From contig JAKFBU010000023.1 of the NCBI GenBank assembly GCA_036676985.1, forward strand, positions 128,001 through 192,000: 64,000 nt of DNA, given 5' to 3'. Shown here one piece after another: positions 1 to 9,157 of this stretch. Below the pieces are notes generated by a model that had not been told where the DNA came from, searched no databases, and saw only the letters and a program-made list of their open reading frames with translations. How positions within the stretch are numbered: position 1 is the stretch's first letter; every line of letters begins with the position of its first letter. This DNA is from Candidatus Sericytochromatia bacterium (GTDB lineage Bacteria > Cyanobacteriota > Sericytochromatia > S15B-MN24 > UBA4093). The translations under genes were made by a program, and so were the position numbers.

Positions 1-69
1 CGCGTACGCGAGCGAACCCTAGGCACCGCTCCGGCCCCGTCCGAACGGGGCCGCCAAAAGGAGGTCACG

Positions 70-309
70 ATGGTCGAGGCGATTCGGGAGAATGCCATTG
101 CCGCCAACTTCTGGCTCATTGCCGTGATGGCCATCTTCCACCTGACGGCCATGGGGCTCTTGGGGCTCGCGATCTGGCGCACGCTCAACTACCGCGCCCC
201 GCTGCACGAGGAGTTCGTCGGGGCCATGCCCCACGAGCACGAGCCCCATGAGCCCGAGCCGATCGAGCCACCGGCAACGACCGGTGAGGAGCCGCCGAAA
301 ACGCTCTAG
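70..309 (+). CDS. small membrane protein, hypothetical
   Basis: AAGGAGG RBS before ATG; one hydrophobic segment followed by a His/Glu/Pro-rich tail. Confidence 0.6.
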   Translation: MVEAIRENAIAANFWLIAVMAIFHLTAMGLLGLAIWRTLNYRAPLHEEFVGAMPHEHEPHEPEPIEPPATTGEEPPKTL

Positions 310-800
310 ATGATGCGGCGCGGCTTGGGCGTCGGCATGGTCCCGGGGGCCGGGGCCAGGCGGAAGGCGTGGCGGAAGTCCGGGGCCACCTGGGCCCGCA
401 GACGCCCGTAGGAGATCTCGAGATCCACGAACGAGGGCGAGGCCTCCGGGTTGTCCCGGCGAAGGCGGGAGAACTCGCGCGCCCACATGCCCATCTGCTT
501 GCTGTAGGCCACCTCGAGTAGCTTGGTGCGGATGGTCCGGCCCGAGGTGGGGTTCAGGCCCTCGAGCTCGCCTTGGAGGCGATCCGCCTCGCGGGCGAGC
601 TCGGGTGCTTGGCCGTCGTCCTTGGCCATCAGGGCGCGGGCACGCTCCTGCATGGCCTCGAGGCGGGTCAGGTAGACGCCGTGCCCCGCGTAGAACGCCT
701 TGGTCCGCTCCCACTCGTCCAGGGCGGCGATGCGCATGAGCACGCCGCCCACCACCACCAGGACGAAGAGGAAGAGCACCACCCACTTGCCGTTGTTCAT
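306..800 (-). CDS. membrane-anchored hypothetical protein at the end of the cox operon
   Basis: N-terminal TM helix (WVVLFLFVLVVVGGVLM) then helical region; co-oriented just downstream of ctaB. Confidence 0.6.
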   Translation of the reverse strand: MNNGKWVVLFLFVLVVVGGVLMRIAALDEWERTKAFYAGHGVYLTRLEAMQERARALMAKDDGQAPELAREADRLQGELEGLNPTSGRTIRTKLLEVAYSKQMGMWAREFSRLRRDNPEASPSFVDLEISYGRLRAQVAPDFRHAFRLAPAPGTMPTPKPRRII

Positions 801-837
801 CGAGAAACCTTGACCTTCTGGACCTGATGGCCCGCGG

Positions 838-1755
838 CTACCTCAGCCAGGGCAACGCCATGCGCGCCACGGCATCGACGAAGAGGAACACGAACAGCAC
901 CAGGAGGTAGATGATGGAGCCGAAGAAGAGCTTCTTGGCCGCCGAGTCCGTCTTGACGCGGTAGAGCCGGATGGCGTCGCGCGTAAACCAGGCGCCGAGC
1001 CCCACGGCCCCGACCAAGTATATCAAACCGCAGGCCTTGACGGCATAGAGCCCCAGCGTGGTCGCGAGCAGCAGCACGGTGTAGACCAGGATCTGGAGGC
1101 GGGTGGACTCCTCGCCGGCGACCACCGGCATCATGGGGACGCCCGCCTTGGCGTAGTCGTCGCGACGGTAGAGGGCGAGCGCCCAGAAGTGGGGCGGCGT
1201 CCACATGAAGATGATCAGGAACATGAGCCAGGCCGCCGCACTCAGCTCGCCGGTCACCGCCGCCCAGCCGATGAGGGGGGCCGTCGCCCCCGCCGCGCCG
1301 CCGATCACGATGTTCTGCGGCGTCGAGCGCTTGAGCCACATGGTGTAGATGACGACGTAGAAGAGGATGCTCCCGAGCGCGAGGGCCGCTGCGAGCCAGG
1401 TGGTCCAGATGGCGAGCATGCCCACCGAGAGGATGCCCGTGACCAGCCCGAAGGCGAGAGCCTGGTTGGGTCCGACGTGGCCGCCCGGGATGGGCCGGGA
1501 GCTGGTGCGCTCCATGACCGCGTCGATGTCCCGATCGTACCAGTGGTTGAGCGCCGAGGCCGCCCCCGCGGCCATGGCCGTGCCCACCAGGGCCACGATC
1601 ATGATAACGGGATCCAGCGCCCCGTCGCCCGCCATGAGGATCGCCGGCAGGCCCGTGACGAGCATCAGCATGACGATCGTCGGCTTGGTGAGCTGGAAGT
1701 ACTCCCGGAGAATGGCCCCGGCGGCGGGGCGGGTGGAAACGTGGACTGCGCTCAT
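838..1755 (-). CDS. ctaB: protoheme IX farnesyltransferase (heme O synthase)
   Basis: LTKP, NHWYDRDIDAVMERTSSRPIP, YTMWLKR, WTPPHFWALAL motifs. Confidence 0.95.
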   Translation of the reverse strand: MSAVHVSTRPAAGAILREYFQLTKPTIVMLMLVTGLPAILMAGDGALDPVIMIVALVGTAMAAGAASALNHWYDRDIDAVMERTSSRPIPGGHVGPNQALAFGLVTGILSVGMLAIWTTWLAAALALGSILFYVVIYTMWLKRSTPQNIVIGGAAGATAPLIGWAAVTGELSAAAWLMFLIIFMWTPPHFWALALYRRDDYAKAGVPMMPVVAGEESTRLQILVYTVLLLATTLGLYAVKACGLIYLVGAVGLGAWFTRDAIRLYRVKTDSAAKKLFFGSIIYLLVLFVFLFVDAVARMALPWLR

Positions 1756-2699
1756 TGTGCCATGGCCTCACGCAAGGTCGGGTTCTGGGCCGCCGGAGCG
1801 TGCGACCGAGCACCGAAGAGGTGGAAGTTGAGGGCGATCATCGTCACCCAGAGCAGCTCCGCGACGCCGTTGTGGGCGGCAGCGAGCGGCACGGGGATCG
1901 CCAGGAGGATGTTGGCGACACCGAGCGTCACCTGCAGGGTGACAAGGCCGCCGGCGACCAGCACGCCCGTACGGGTCCGGGCGTTGGGGCTCCGCAGGCC
2001 CAGCGCCACCAGGGCGAGGACCAGCAGGAAGACCGTGTAACCGCCGAAGCGGTGGATCATGTGCGTCGCCACGTAGCCGACCATGGGCGGGAACCACTCG
2101 CCATGGCAGGTGGGCCAGTCCGGGCAGGCCAAGGAGGCGTAGTTGGAGGCGACCAGTCCCCCCAGCAGTATCTGCCCGTAGACCGCAAAGAGGGCCACGA
2201 GGCCGAGAGTCTTGAGGCCGCGCGGCTGTACCGTCGGATCCTGGGCGGGCGAGGCCTCGCGCAAGCTCTTGAGGGCGATGAGGATGAAGACGCCGAAGAG
2301 GGCCGTGCCCGTCCCCAGGTGGGTGGTCACCACGTGGGCATGCAGCAGCTTCCACACCGTGAGCGCGCCCAGGACGATCTGGACCGCGAGCATCACGCAG
2401 GCCAGGAGCGCCAGCTTCCAGAGGCGTTTTCTCAAGTTGGCGTCGATGAGGATCCAGGCCAGCATGCCCATGAAGATGGTGCTCACCGTGCCGGCCACCA
2501 GGCGGTGCAGCCATTCCCAGAACACCCCGCCCTCGAAGGTGGGAATGAGCTGGCCGTTGCAGAGCGGCCAATCCGGGCACGACAGGCCCGCCCCGTACAG
2601 CCGCACGGTCGCGCCGAGCACGATGAGGCAGAAGGTGAGGGCCACCAGGCCGACCGGGAGCGGACGGAACCGCCGGAAGCTTTCGATGGGGCTGGCCAC
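1752..2699 (-). CDS. ctaA: heme A synthase (COX15/CtaA)
   Basis: GLSCPDWPLCNG, EWLHR, second CPDWPTC and HMIHR; about 8 TM helices. Confidence 0.93.
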   Translation of the reverse strand: MASPIESFRRFRPLPVGLVALTFCLIVLGATVRLYGAGLSCPDWPLCNGQLIPTFEGGVFWEWLHRLVAGTVSTIFMGMLAWILIDANLRKRLWKLALLACVMLAVQIVLGALTVWKLLHAHVVTTHLGTGTALFGVFILIALKSLREASPAQDPTVQPRGLKTLGLVALFAVYGQILLGGLVASNYASLACPDWPTCHGEWFPPMVGYVATHMIHRFGGYTVFLLVLALVALGLRSPNARTRTGVLVAGGLVTLQVTLGVANILLAIPVPLAAAHNGVAELLWVTMIALNFHLFGARSHAPAAQNPTLREAMAQ

Positions 2700-2710
2700 G
2701 GACGTTCTCC

Positions 2711-2854
2711 TTACTTGAACATCTGGTGGTAGATCACGCCGCGCGAGAGGTAGGCGCAGAACATGAACACCGCGATGGCGCCCATGAGCACCAGGGCCAG
2801 ACGCCGGTTCTTGGCCTGGTAGGCGGCGATGTGCGCTTGTTCGTCAATCGTCAT
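2711..2854 (-). CDS. 47-aa single-TM protein in the cox operon (not in ORF track)
   Basis: GGAGG RBS then ATG; MTIDEQAHIAAYQAKNRRLALVLMGAIAVFMFCAYLSRGVIYHQMFK-TAA; fills the ctaG-ctaA gap. Confidence 0.8.
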   Translation of the reverse strand: MTIDEQAHIAAYQAKNRRLALVLMGAIAVFMFCAYLSRGVIYHQMFK

Positions 2855-2863
2855 GGAGTCCTC

Positions 2864-3436
2864 CTAGCCCTTCTTGGCAACGGGCTTCTGGGGGTTGAGG
2901 GCGTACAGGGTGTACTGGAGGGTCACGGTGTTGACCTCCGGGTCGAGCTTCTCGTCGATCCAGAAGGAAACGGGCAAGAGCTTGCTCTCCTTGGGCTTCA
3001 GGGTCTGCCGCTCGTAGCAGAAGCACTCCAGCTTGTGCAGCATCGCGTCGGCGCGGGCCGGCACAACGCTGTGGACCGGCTGGAACTCCAGCGTCTTGTC
3101 CGTGAGGTTGGTGAAGCGGTACTGGACCTCGTGGGTCTCGCCCACCTTCACGTCGAGCTTAGGGGTCAGGGGCTCGATGAGCGCGGGCGTGCCGGAGTTC
3201 GACATGCCCACGAATCGCACGGTGAGCTCGCGCTCACCGATCACCCCGCTCGCCACCAGCGAGGGGTTTGGCTTCTGGGGAACGGTCCCCACGCCAAACC
3301 GCTCGCAGACCATGCGGTAGAGGGGGACCAGGGCCCAGGCGAAGATCGTCATGCCCACCAGAACCAGACCCAGCCACATGAGGGAGCGCTGGTTCTTCTT
3401 CTGGATGTCTTGCTGGCGAAGGTCGTCCGAGGTCAT
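2864..3436 (-). CDS. ctaG: cytochrome c oxidase assembly protein Cox11/CtaG
   Basis: TM helix, VPLYRMVC, KLECFC copper-binding motif. Confidence 0.9.
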   Translation of the reverse strand: MTSDDLRQQDIQKKNQRSLMWLGLVLVGMTIFAWALVPLYRMVCERFGVGTVPQKPNPSLVASGVIGERELTVRFVGMSNSGTPALIEPLTPKLDVKVGETHEVQYRFTNLTDKTLEFQPVHSVVPARADAMLHKLECFCYERQTLKPKESKLLPVSFWIDEKLDPEVNTVTLQYTLYALNPQKPVAKKG

Positions 3437-3448
3437 GGTCCTTGAGTC

Positions 3449-5023
3449 CTACTTGATGGTGGGGATGGTGTCGAAGTTGTGGGCCGGAGGCGGCGAGCTG
3501 ACGGTCCACTCGAGGGTGTTGCCCTGCCAGGGATCGTCGGGAGCCTTCTCACCCGAGCGCAGCGACTTGATCACGTTCCAGACCAGGATGAGCTGCGCGG
3601 CGCCCAGTACGAAGGACGCGATCGACTCCAGTCGGTTCAGGTCCGTGAACATGGGCAGGTAGGTGTAGTAACGGCGGGGCATGCCCATGATGCCCAGGAT
3701 GTGCATCGGGAAGAAGGTCACGTTCATGGCGATGACCGTCAGCCAGAAGTGCACCTGGCCCAGGCGCTCGTCGAGCATGCGGCCGAACATCTTGGGGAAC
3801 CAGTAGTAGATGGCCGCGAAGATGCCGAGCATGGAGCCCGCGAAGAGCACGTAGTGGATGTGGGCGACGACCCAGTAGGTGTGGGTCAGCTGCACGTCGG
3901 TGGGGATGGAGGCGAGGAAGATGCCGTCCAGACCGCCGATGAGGAAGAATGCCACGAAGGCGATCGAGAACAGGCCCGGGGTCAGGAAGCGGATGTTACC
4001 GCCCCATAGCGTGCCCACCCAGCTGAAGATCTTGATGCCGGTCGGCACCGCGATAAGCATGGTGAGGAACATGAAGACCGAACGGATGCTCGCGGGCAGG
4101 CCGGTGGCGAACATGTGGTGCGCCCAGACCGTGAAGCCGAGCACGCCGATGGCGACCGACGAGTAGGCGATGGCCAGGTACCCGAAGAGGGGCTTGCCGG
4201 CAAAGACCGGCAGGATCTCGGAGATGATGCCGAAGGCCGGCAGGATCATGATGTAGACGGCCGGGTGCGAGTAGAACCAGAAGAGGTGCTGCCACAGCAA
4301 CGGGTCGCCGCCCTGCTCCGGACGGAAGAACGACGTGCCGAAGTTGCGGTCGAAGAGGAGCATCGTGATGACGCCGGCAAGGACCGGGGTCGCGATGACC
4401 TGCAGCCACGAGGTCACGAGCACCGCCCAGCACATGATGGGCATCTTGTGCAGGGTCATGCCGGGCGCGCGCATGTTGAGGATGGTGACGATGAAGTTGA
4501 GGCCGCCCATGATCGACGAGACGCCGAGCAGGTGGAGGCCCAGGATCCAGAGGTCCACGCCCACGCCGGGCGAGAAGAAGCCACCCGACAGGGGCGGATA
4601 CATGGTCCAGCCGCCCGCCGCCGAGCCGCCCAGGGCGAAGCTCGAGAGCATCATGACCGCCCCCAGGGGCAAGAGCCAGAAGGAGATGGCGTTGATGCGG
4701 GGGAAGGCCACGTCGCGCGCGCCGATGAGCAGGGGCACGACGTAGTTGCCGAAGCCGACCAGCAGCGGGATGATGGCCATGAAGATCATGGCCGACGCGT
4801 GCATGGTGACCATCTGGTTGTACTGGTCGGGCGACAGGATCTTCATCTCGGGACCCAGGAGCTGGGCCCGGACCAGGAGGGCGAAGAGACCGCCCACCAG
4901 GAACAGGATGAAGGCCGTGACGATGTACATGATGCCGATCTTCTTGTGATCGGTCGTCGTCAGCCACTTGACCCAAGTGGGCTGTTCAGGAGCGTGCGGG
5001 ACGCTCGCGGATTGCGTACTCAT
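3449..5023 (-). CDS. ctaD: cytochrome c oxidase subunit I (A2 type)
   Basis: TDHKKIG, GWTMYPPL, FWFYSHPAVY, WAHHMF, VAHIHYV, GMPRR. Confidence 0.97.
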   Translation of the reverse strand: MSTQSASVPHAPEQPTWVKWLTTTDHKKIGIMYIVTAFILFLVGGLFALLVRAQLLGPEMKILSPDQYNQMVTMHASAMIFMAIIPLLVGFGNYVVPLLIGARDVAFPRINAISFWLLPLGAVMMLSSFALGGSAAGGWTMYPPLSGGFFSPGVGVDLWILGLHLLGVSSIMGGLNFIVTILNMRAPGMTLHKMPIMCWAVLVTSWLQVIATPVLAGVITMLLFDRNFGTSFFRPEQGGDPLLWQHLFWFYSHPAVYIMILPAFGIISEILPVFAGKPLFGYLAIAYSSVAIGVLGFTVWAHHMFATGLPASIRSVFMFLTMLIAVPTGIKIFSWVGTLWGGNIRFLTPGLFSIAFVAFFLIGGLDGIFLASIPTDVQLTHTYWVVAHIHYVLFAGSMLGIFAAIYYWFPKMFGRMLDERLGQVHFWLTVIAMNVTFFPMHILGIMGMPRRYYTYLPMFTDLNRLESIASFVLGAAQLILVWNVIKSLRSGEKAPDDPWQGNTLEWTVSSPPPAHNFDTIPTIK

Positions 5024-5057
5024 TGAAACGTGTCCTCTTTACTGCGTGAGCGCGTCC

Positions 5058-6173
5058 CTAGCGAAGGGCCTTGACCTGGTCGGCGGTGACGGCGCCCCCC
5101 GTGTTGCCCCAGCTGGTGCGCTCGTGGCTCACGATGGCGGCGATCTCCTCGTCCGTCAGGTGCTTGAAGGGCGGCATGGCCCCGTTGTACTGCTGACCCT
5201 TGACCGTGATGGGGCCCGAGACGCCGTTCAGCACGATCTTGATGTGGTCGGCGGCCGGGCCGTTGACCTGCTCGGCGCCTGCGAGCGGCGGGAAGGTGCC
5301 GGCCATGCCCTCGCCGCCGGCCTGGTGGCACGAGGCGCAGTTCGCCTGGTAGAGGGCAGCGCCGTCCGCCTTCTTGGGGGCAGCCGCCACCTGCGCCGGC
5401 TTCGGCTGCTCGGCCGCATCGGGCTTGGGGGCCGCCCCGGGCGACTTCTCGCCGGGGGTGTAGGAGCCACCCTTCTCCGTGACCCAGGAGGCGAACTCGG
5501 CCTCGGGCAGGACCTTGACCTTGCTGATCATCTTGGCGTGCAGGGTGCCGCACAGCTGACGGCAGAAGGCCTGATGCTCGCCGGGACCCTTCACGTAGAC
5601 CCAGCCCTCGTTGATGTGGCCGGGGATGGCGTCCATCGAGAAGCCGAAGTCCGCGACGCCCCAGTTGTGGACGACGTCGGCGCTCGAGACGAGGAGCTTG
5701 ACGACCTTGTTGGCCGGCAGCACCAGGTCCGCGTTGGAGACCGTGACGCCGTTGTCGGGATACTTGAACTCCCAGTACCACTGGTGCCCGACGATCTGGA
5801 CCGTGAGATCCGGCTTGGGGGCGTTTTCGACGTAGCGGATGGTCTTGTAGGTCGGGATCGAGATCGCGATCAGCGCGAGGGTGGGGAGCACCGTCCAGAT
5901 GATCTCCAGGCCCGTGTGGCCGTGGAACTGCTGGGCCTGGCGGCCCGGACGGAACCGGTAACGGACGAGCACGTAGGCCATGGCGGCCCAGACGCCCACG
6001 AAGATCACGAAGGTGATCCAGTAGATCAGGTTGTAGAGGTTATCCACCCGATCGGCGATCGGCGTGGCGTTCGGGATTCCGCCCACCGCAAACGCGGGCA
6101 GGGCCACCAGCGAGCCCGCCAGAGCGAGGGCCGCGGCGAAGAGGTGACGTGGCATGGGCCATCGAGTTTGCAC
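5058..6173 (-). CDS. ctaC: cytochrome c oxidase subunit II with C-terminal cytochrome c (caa3 type)
   Basis: LEIIWT, GHQWYW, DVVH, CRQLCGTLHAKM CuA site, CASCH heme c motif; GGAGG before GTG. Confidence 0.95.
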   Translation of the reverse strand: MQTRWPMPRHLFAAALALAGSLVALPAFAVGGIPNATPIADRVDNLYNLIYWITFVIFVGVWAAMAYVLVRYRFRPGRQAQQFHGHTGLEIIWTVLPTLALIAISIPTYKTIRYVENAPKPDLTVQIVGHQWYWEFKYPDNGVTVSNADLVLPANKVVKLLVSSADVVHNWGVADFGFSMDAIPGHINEGWVYVKGPGEHQAFCRQLCGTLHAKMISKVKVLPEAEFASWVTEKGGSYTPGEKSPGAAPKPDAAEQPKPAQVAAAPKKADGAALYQANCASCHQAGGEGMAGTFPPLAGAEQVNGPAADHIKIVLNGVSGPITVKGQQYNGAMPPFKHLTDEEIAAIVSHERTSWGNTGGAVTADQVKALR

Positions 6174-6282
6174 TGCTTGCCTCCAAATGATGGGACGACG
6201 ACGAGCACCTAACGAAACCAGGCATGTGTCGCTTTTTGCCGCCTACCGGCGGCTTGATGGAACCGTTTCGTTAGGCACTCAA

Positions 6283-7113
6283 TTACGATTGGGCGTTGTA
6301 GATCGGCAGATAGAGCACCAGGAAGAAGAGGATGAGCCAGATGACATCGACGAAGTGCCAATACCAACCGGCACCCTGCAGGGCAAAGTGGCTCTGCTTG
6401 GTGAACTGCCCCTTCATGGCGCGGATCAGGTTGATGGCGATCCAGATGGCGCCGACGATCACGTGCATCCCGTGGAAGCCGGTGAGCATGAAGAAGGCCG
6501 TGCCCATCAGGCCGCTGCGCAGCGTGAGCTCCATGGTCGACCACTCGTAGACCTGACCGCCAAGGAAGATGACGCCCAGGACGAGGGTGACGGCCAGCCA
6601 CATGACCAACGCCTTGCGATTGTCGCGCATCAGCGAGTGCTCGGCCCAGGTGTAGGTGAAGCTGCTCGCCACCAGGATGATGGTCTGCACGCCGGGCAAG
6701 AGCAGGGAGTGGAAGACGTGCGGCGTGCCCTCGGGCGGCCACTGGGCGGATCCCGCCTGGACGTAGAAGTAGAAGCCGAAGAAGGCCGCGAAGAACATGA
6801 CCTCCGAGGCGATGAAGAGCACCATCGCGAGGCGCATGTCCTGGCCGGGCCGGTGGACCTCCGAGGCGGCATGGGCCGTCGGCAGGGTGTGGGTCTCGGC
6901 CTCGTGGACGAGATCCCGCCACCATCCCACGGTACCAACGAGGGTGATGACGGCGCCGATCACCAGGACCCCGAGCCCCGGGGCGTGGAACTTGAACGAG
7001 AGCCCCAGACCGAACGCCATCAACACCAGACCGAGCGCCCCGACGGGGGGCCAAGGATTGGTGTCGACGTGCGGGTGGTCGAGGTGACCATGCTCGTGGG
7101 CAACTTGGTTCAC
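6283..7113 (-). CDS. ctaE: cytochrome c oxidase subunit III
   Basis: PWP, FIASEVMFF, TGFHGMHV, YWHFVDVIW. Confidence 0.95.
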   Translation of the reverse strand: MNQVAHEHGHLDHPHVDTNPWPPVGALGLVLMAFGLGLSFKFHAPGLGVLVIGAVITLVGTVGWWRDLVHEAETHTLPTAHAASEVHRPGQDMRLAMVLFIASEVMFFAAFFGFYFYVQAGSAQWPPEGTPHVFHSLLLPGVQTIILVASSFTYTWAEHSLMRDNRKALVMWLAVTLVLGVIFLGGQVYEWSTMELTLRSGLMGTAFFMLTGFHGMHVIVGAIWIAINLIRAMKGQFTKQSHFALQGAGWYWHFVDVIWLILFFLVLYLPIYNAQS

Positions 7114-7531
7114 GCGTACGTCTCCTTAGCTAGATGCACTGGTACAAAGGCATCCACGCCGGTCCCTGGGGGCCCCGGCATGGACAACGAGTCAGACAAG
7201 CGTTTACAATCCATCATAACGCGGATTGAAGCCCCGGCGCTTGCTTTTGGACGGCGGAAAGATTAGAGTTCGCTAATCTCACGAGCGCCCCCCGAGCCAG
7301 TCGACGCGGGCAATTGCGCCACAAATCCGCGCGCCTAGGGCATTAGGCTCCCTCGCATCTTAGCATATCGCTCGCCTGCCCGTCACCCCGCCCCTTCGAA
7401 GATCCGTAGTCCCTACTGATGACCTCAAAATCCGTAGTTTTTACGGAGAGGGGCCGAGATCCAGGCCACCCGGGTGCTCCGTGGTACAATGCAATCGCCT
7501 TTTGGCCTCACCACCTACTTTCGAGGGTTTC

Positions 7532-8698
7532 ATGGAAAAGCGCCCCCTTTTGATCCTGTTCGCGACGCTGTTCTGCGTCATGACGGGCTTCGGGATCATC
7601 ATCCCGGCCCTGCCCTACCTAACCACCGACGTCATGCACGGGGATGCGCGCACGGTCGGCCTCCTGCTCGCCTCCTACTCGGTCATGAACGTGATCTGCG
7701 CCCCGTTCTGGGGCCGGCTCTCGGACCGGATCGGCCGCAAGCCGGTGCTGCTGACGGGCATTCTCGGCTTGGCCGTCTCGTTCGTCGTGTTCGGCCTCGC
7801 CCAAGACGTCGTCACGCTCTTCGCCTCGCGCCTCATCGGCGGGGCGTTCGGGGCGGCGGCCCTGCCGACGGCCATGGCCTACGCGGGCGACATCACGACC
7901 AAGGAGGCGCGCGCCAAGGCCCTCGGCTTGCTGGGCGCGGGGCTCGGGCTCGGCATGGTGGTGGGGCCCGCCATCGGCGGCGTGGCCGGTCACTGGGGCC
8001 TGAGCGTCCCCTTCTTCGCGGCCGCGGTGCTCTCGCTGTTGACGGCGGGCTTCGTGGCCGTGGCGCTGCCCAAGGGCGCTCCGGTGCTCGACGACCGCGC
8101 CGGGGTCATGCAGGCCCTCAAGCTCACGGGCAAGGCCCTGTGGCCCTTCTACCTGCTCACCTTCATCCAGATGCTCGCCTTCACGAGCATGGAGGCCACC
8201 TTCGTCCTGTATGCCAAGGACCAGTTCCGGCTGACGGTCATGCAGATCGGCCTCATGTTCATGGCCATGGGGCTCGTCTCGGCGGGGTTCCAGGGCGGCG
8301 GCGTCGCCCGGCTCATCAACCGCTTCGGCGAGGCGGCCGTGACGCGGGCCGGCACCGTCGTGCTGGGCCTGGGCTTCCTGCTCACGCCCGTGGCGCGCAA
8401 CCCGTACGAGCTGCTGGGGGTGTTCTGCTTCTTCGGCATCGGTTCGGCGTTGCTGCGGACGTCGCTCTCGACGGGCGTCTCGCGCGGTGCCGCGGCAGGT
8501 CAGGGAATGGCCATGGGGCTCATGCAGAGCTGCGACTCGCTGGCGCGCGTCTTCGGACCGGCGCTGGGCGGGATGCTCTACTACGTGTCGCCCAAGCTGC
8601 CCTACGAGGCGGGCGTCGGCGTGATGGTGGTGGCCACGGTCCTCGCCTTCGTGACGCTGAGCGCCAAGGCCCCCGAGCCTGCCCCCAAGGCCGCGTAG
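7532..8698 (+). CDS. MFS transporter (TetA/DHA1-like)
   Basis: GRLSDRIGRKP motif A; about 12 TM helices; start MEKRPLL. Confidence 0.9.
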   Translation: MEKRPLLILFATLFCVMTGFGIIIPALPYLTTDVMHGDARTVGLLLASYSVMNVICAPFWGRLSDRIGRKPVLLTGILGLAVSFVVFGLAQDVVTLFASRLIGGAFGAAALPTAMAYAGDITTKEARAKALGLLGAGLGLGMVVGPAIGGVAGHWGLSVPFFAAAVLSLLTAGFVAVALPKGAPVLDDRAGVMQALKLTGKALWPFYLLTFIQMLAFTSMEATFVLYAKDQFRLTVMQIGLMFMAMGLVSAGFQGGGVARLINRFGEAAVTRAGTVVLGLGFLLTPVARNPYELLGVFCFFGIGSALLRTSLSTGVSRGAAAGQGMAMGLMQSCDSLARVFGPALGGMLYYVSPKLPYEAGVGVMVVATVLAFVTLSAKAPEPAPKAA

Positions 8699-8711
8699 TT
8701 CACGCAATTCT

Positions 8712-8744
8712 AAGGCCCCCGGCTTTGGCGAGCCGGGGGCCTTT
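8712..8744 (+). terminator. hairpin terminator after the MFS gene
   Basis: AAGGCCCCCGGCT-loop-AGCCGGGGGCCTTT. Confidence 0.75.
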
Positions 8745-8777
8745 GCTTGGCGGGCTCAGGCGATGGCCCACGTGGTC

Positions 8778-9084
8778 GTCATGGACGAGAGGAACCGTTC
8801 GTTCCTTCGAGAGCCTCAGGACGAACGGATGGTTGTGGGTGACTCGAGTCATCTTCCACTTGCATTGAATGGCTCGAGTGGCGCTCCTTTGGCTTGAGTA
8901 GCGATCCCTTGAGGTTAACCACCATCCCGTTCACCCTGAGCCTGTCGAAGGGCGAACGGTTCCTCTCGTGCATGACCGTAGGCCCGAGCGGCCCTCTCGT
9001 GGATGGTGCAACCACCCCTTGAGACTCACAACCATCCCGTTCGTCTTGAGCCAGGTCGAAAGGCGAACGGTTCCTTATGTGCAT
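8778..9084. repeat. three REP-like palindromic repeats (one inverted, two direct)
   Basis: copies at 8778-8833 (inverted), 8921-8976 and 9031-9084 of CCGTTCNNCYTGAGNNNNTCGAANGNCGAACGGTTCC. Confidence 0.85.
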
Positions 9085-9106
9085 AAGAATCCGGAATCAG
9101 CGCAAA

Positions 9107-9140
9107 GAAGCGGCCCGGCTCATACGAGCCGGGCCGCTTC
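9107..9140 (-). terminator. hairpin after the complex III operon
   Basis: GAAGCGGCCCGGCTC-ATAC-GAGCCGGGCCGCTTC perfect inverted repeat. Confidence 0.75.
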
Positions 9141-9157
9141 GCGTTTCGGATTAGGAC

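Noticed and set aside
5529-5564. CuA motif with Gln (CRQLC) in place of Glu
   Set aside because: This position ligates through the backbone carbonyl, and Gln is known in other CuA centres
6271-6290. CIRCE-like TTAGGCACTC
   Set aside because: One imperfect half-site with no partner at N9; not upstream of a chaperone gene
8778-9084. CRISPR array
   Set aside because: Units are mixed in orientation, degenerate and irregularly spaced; no cas genes
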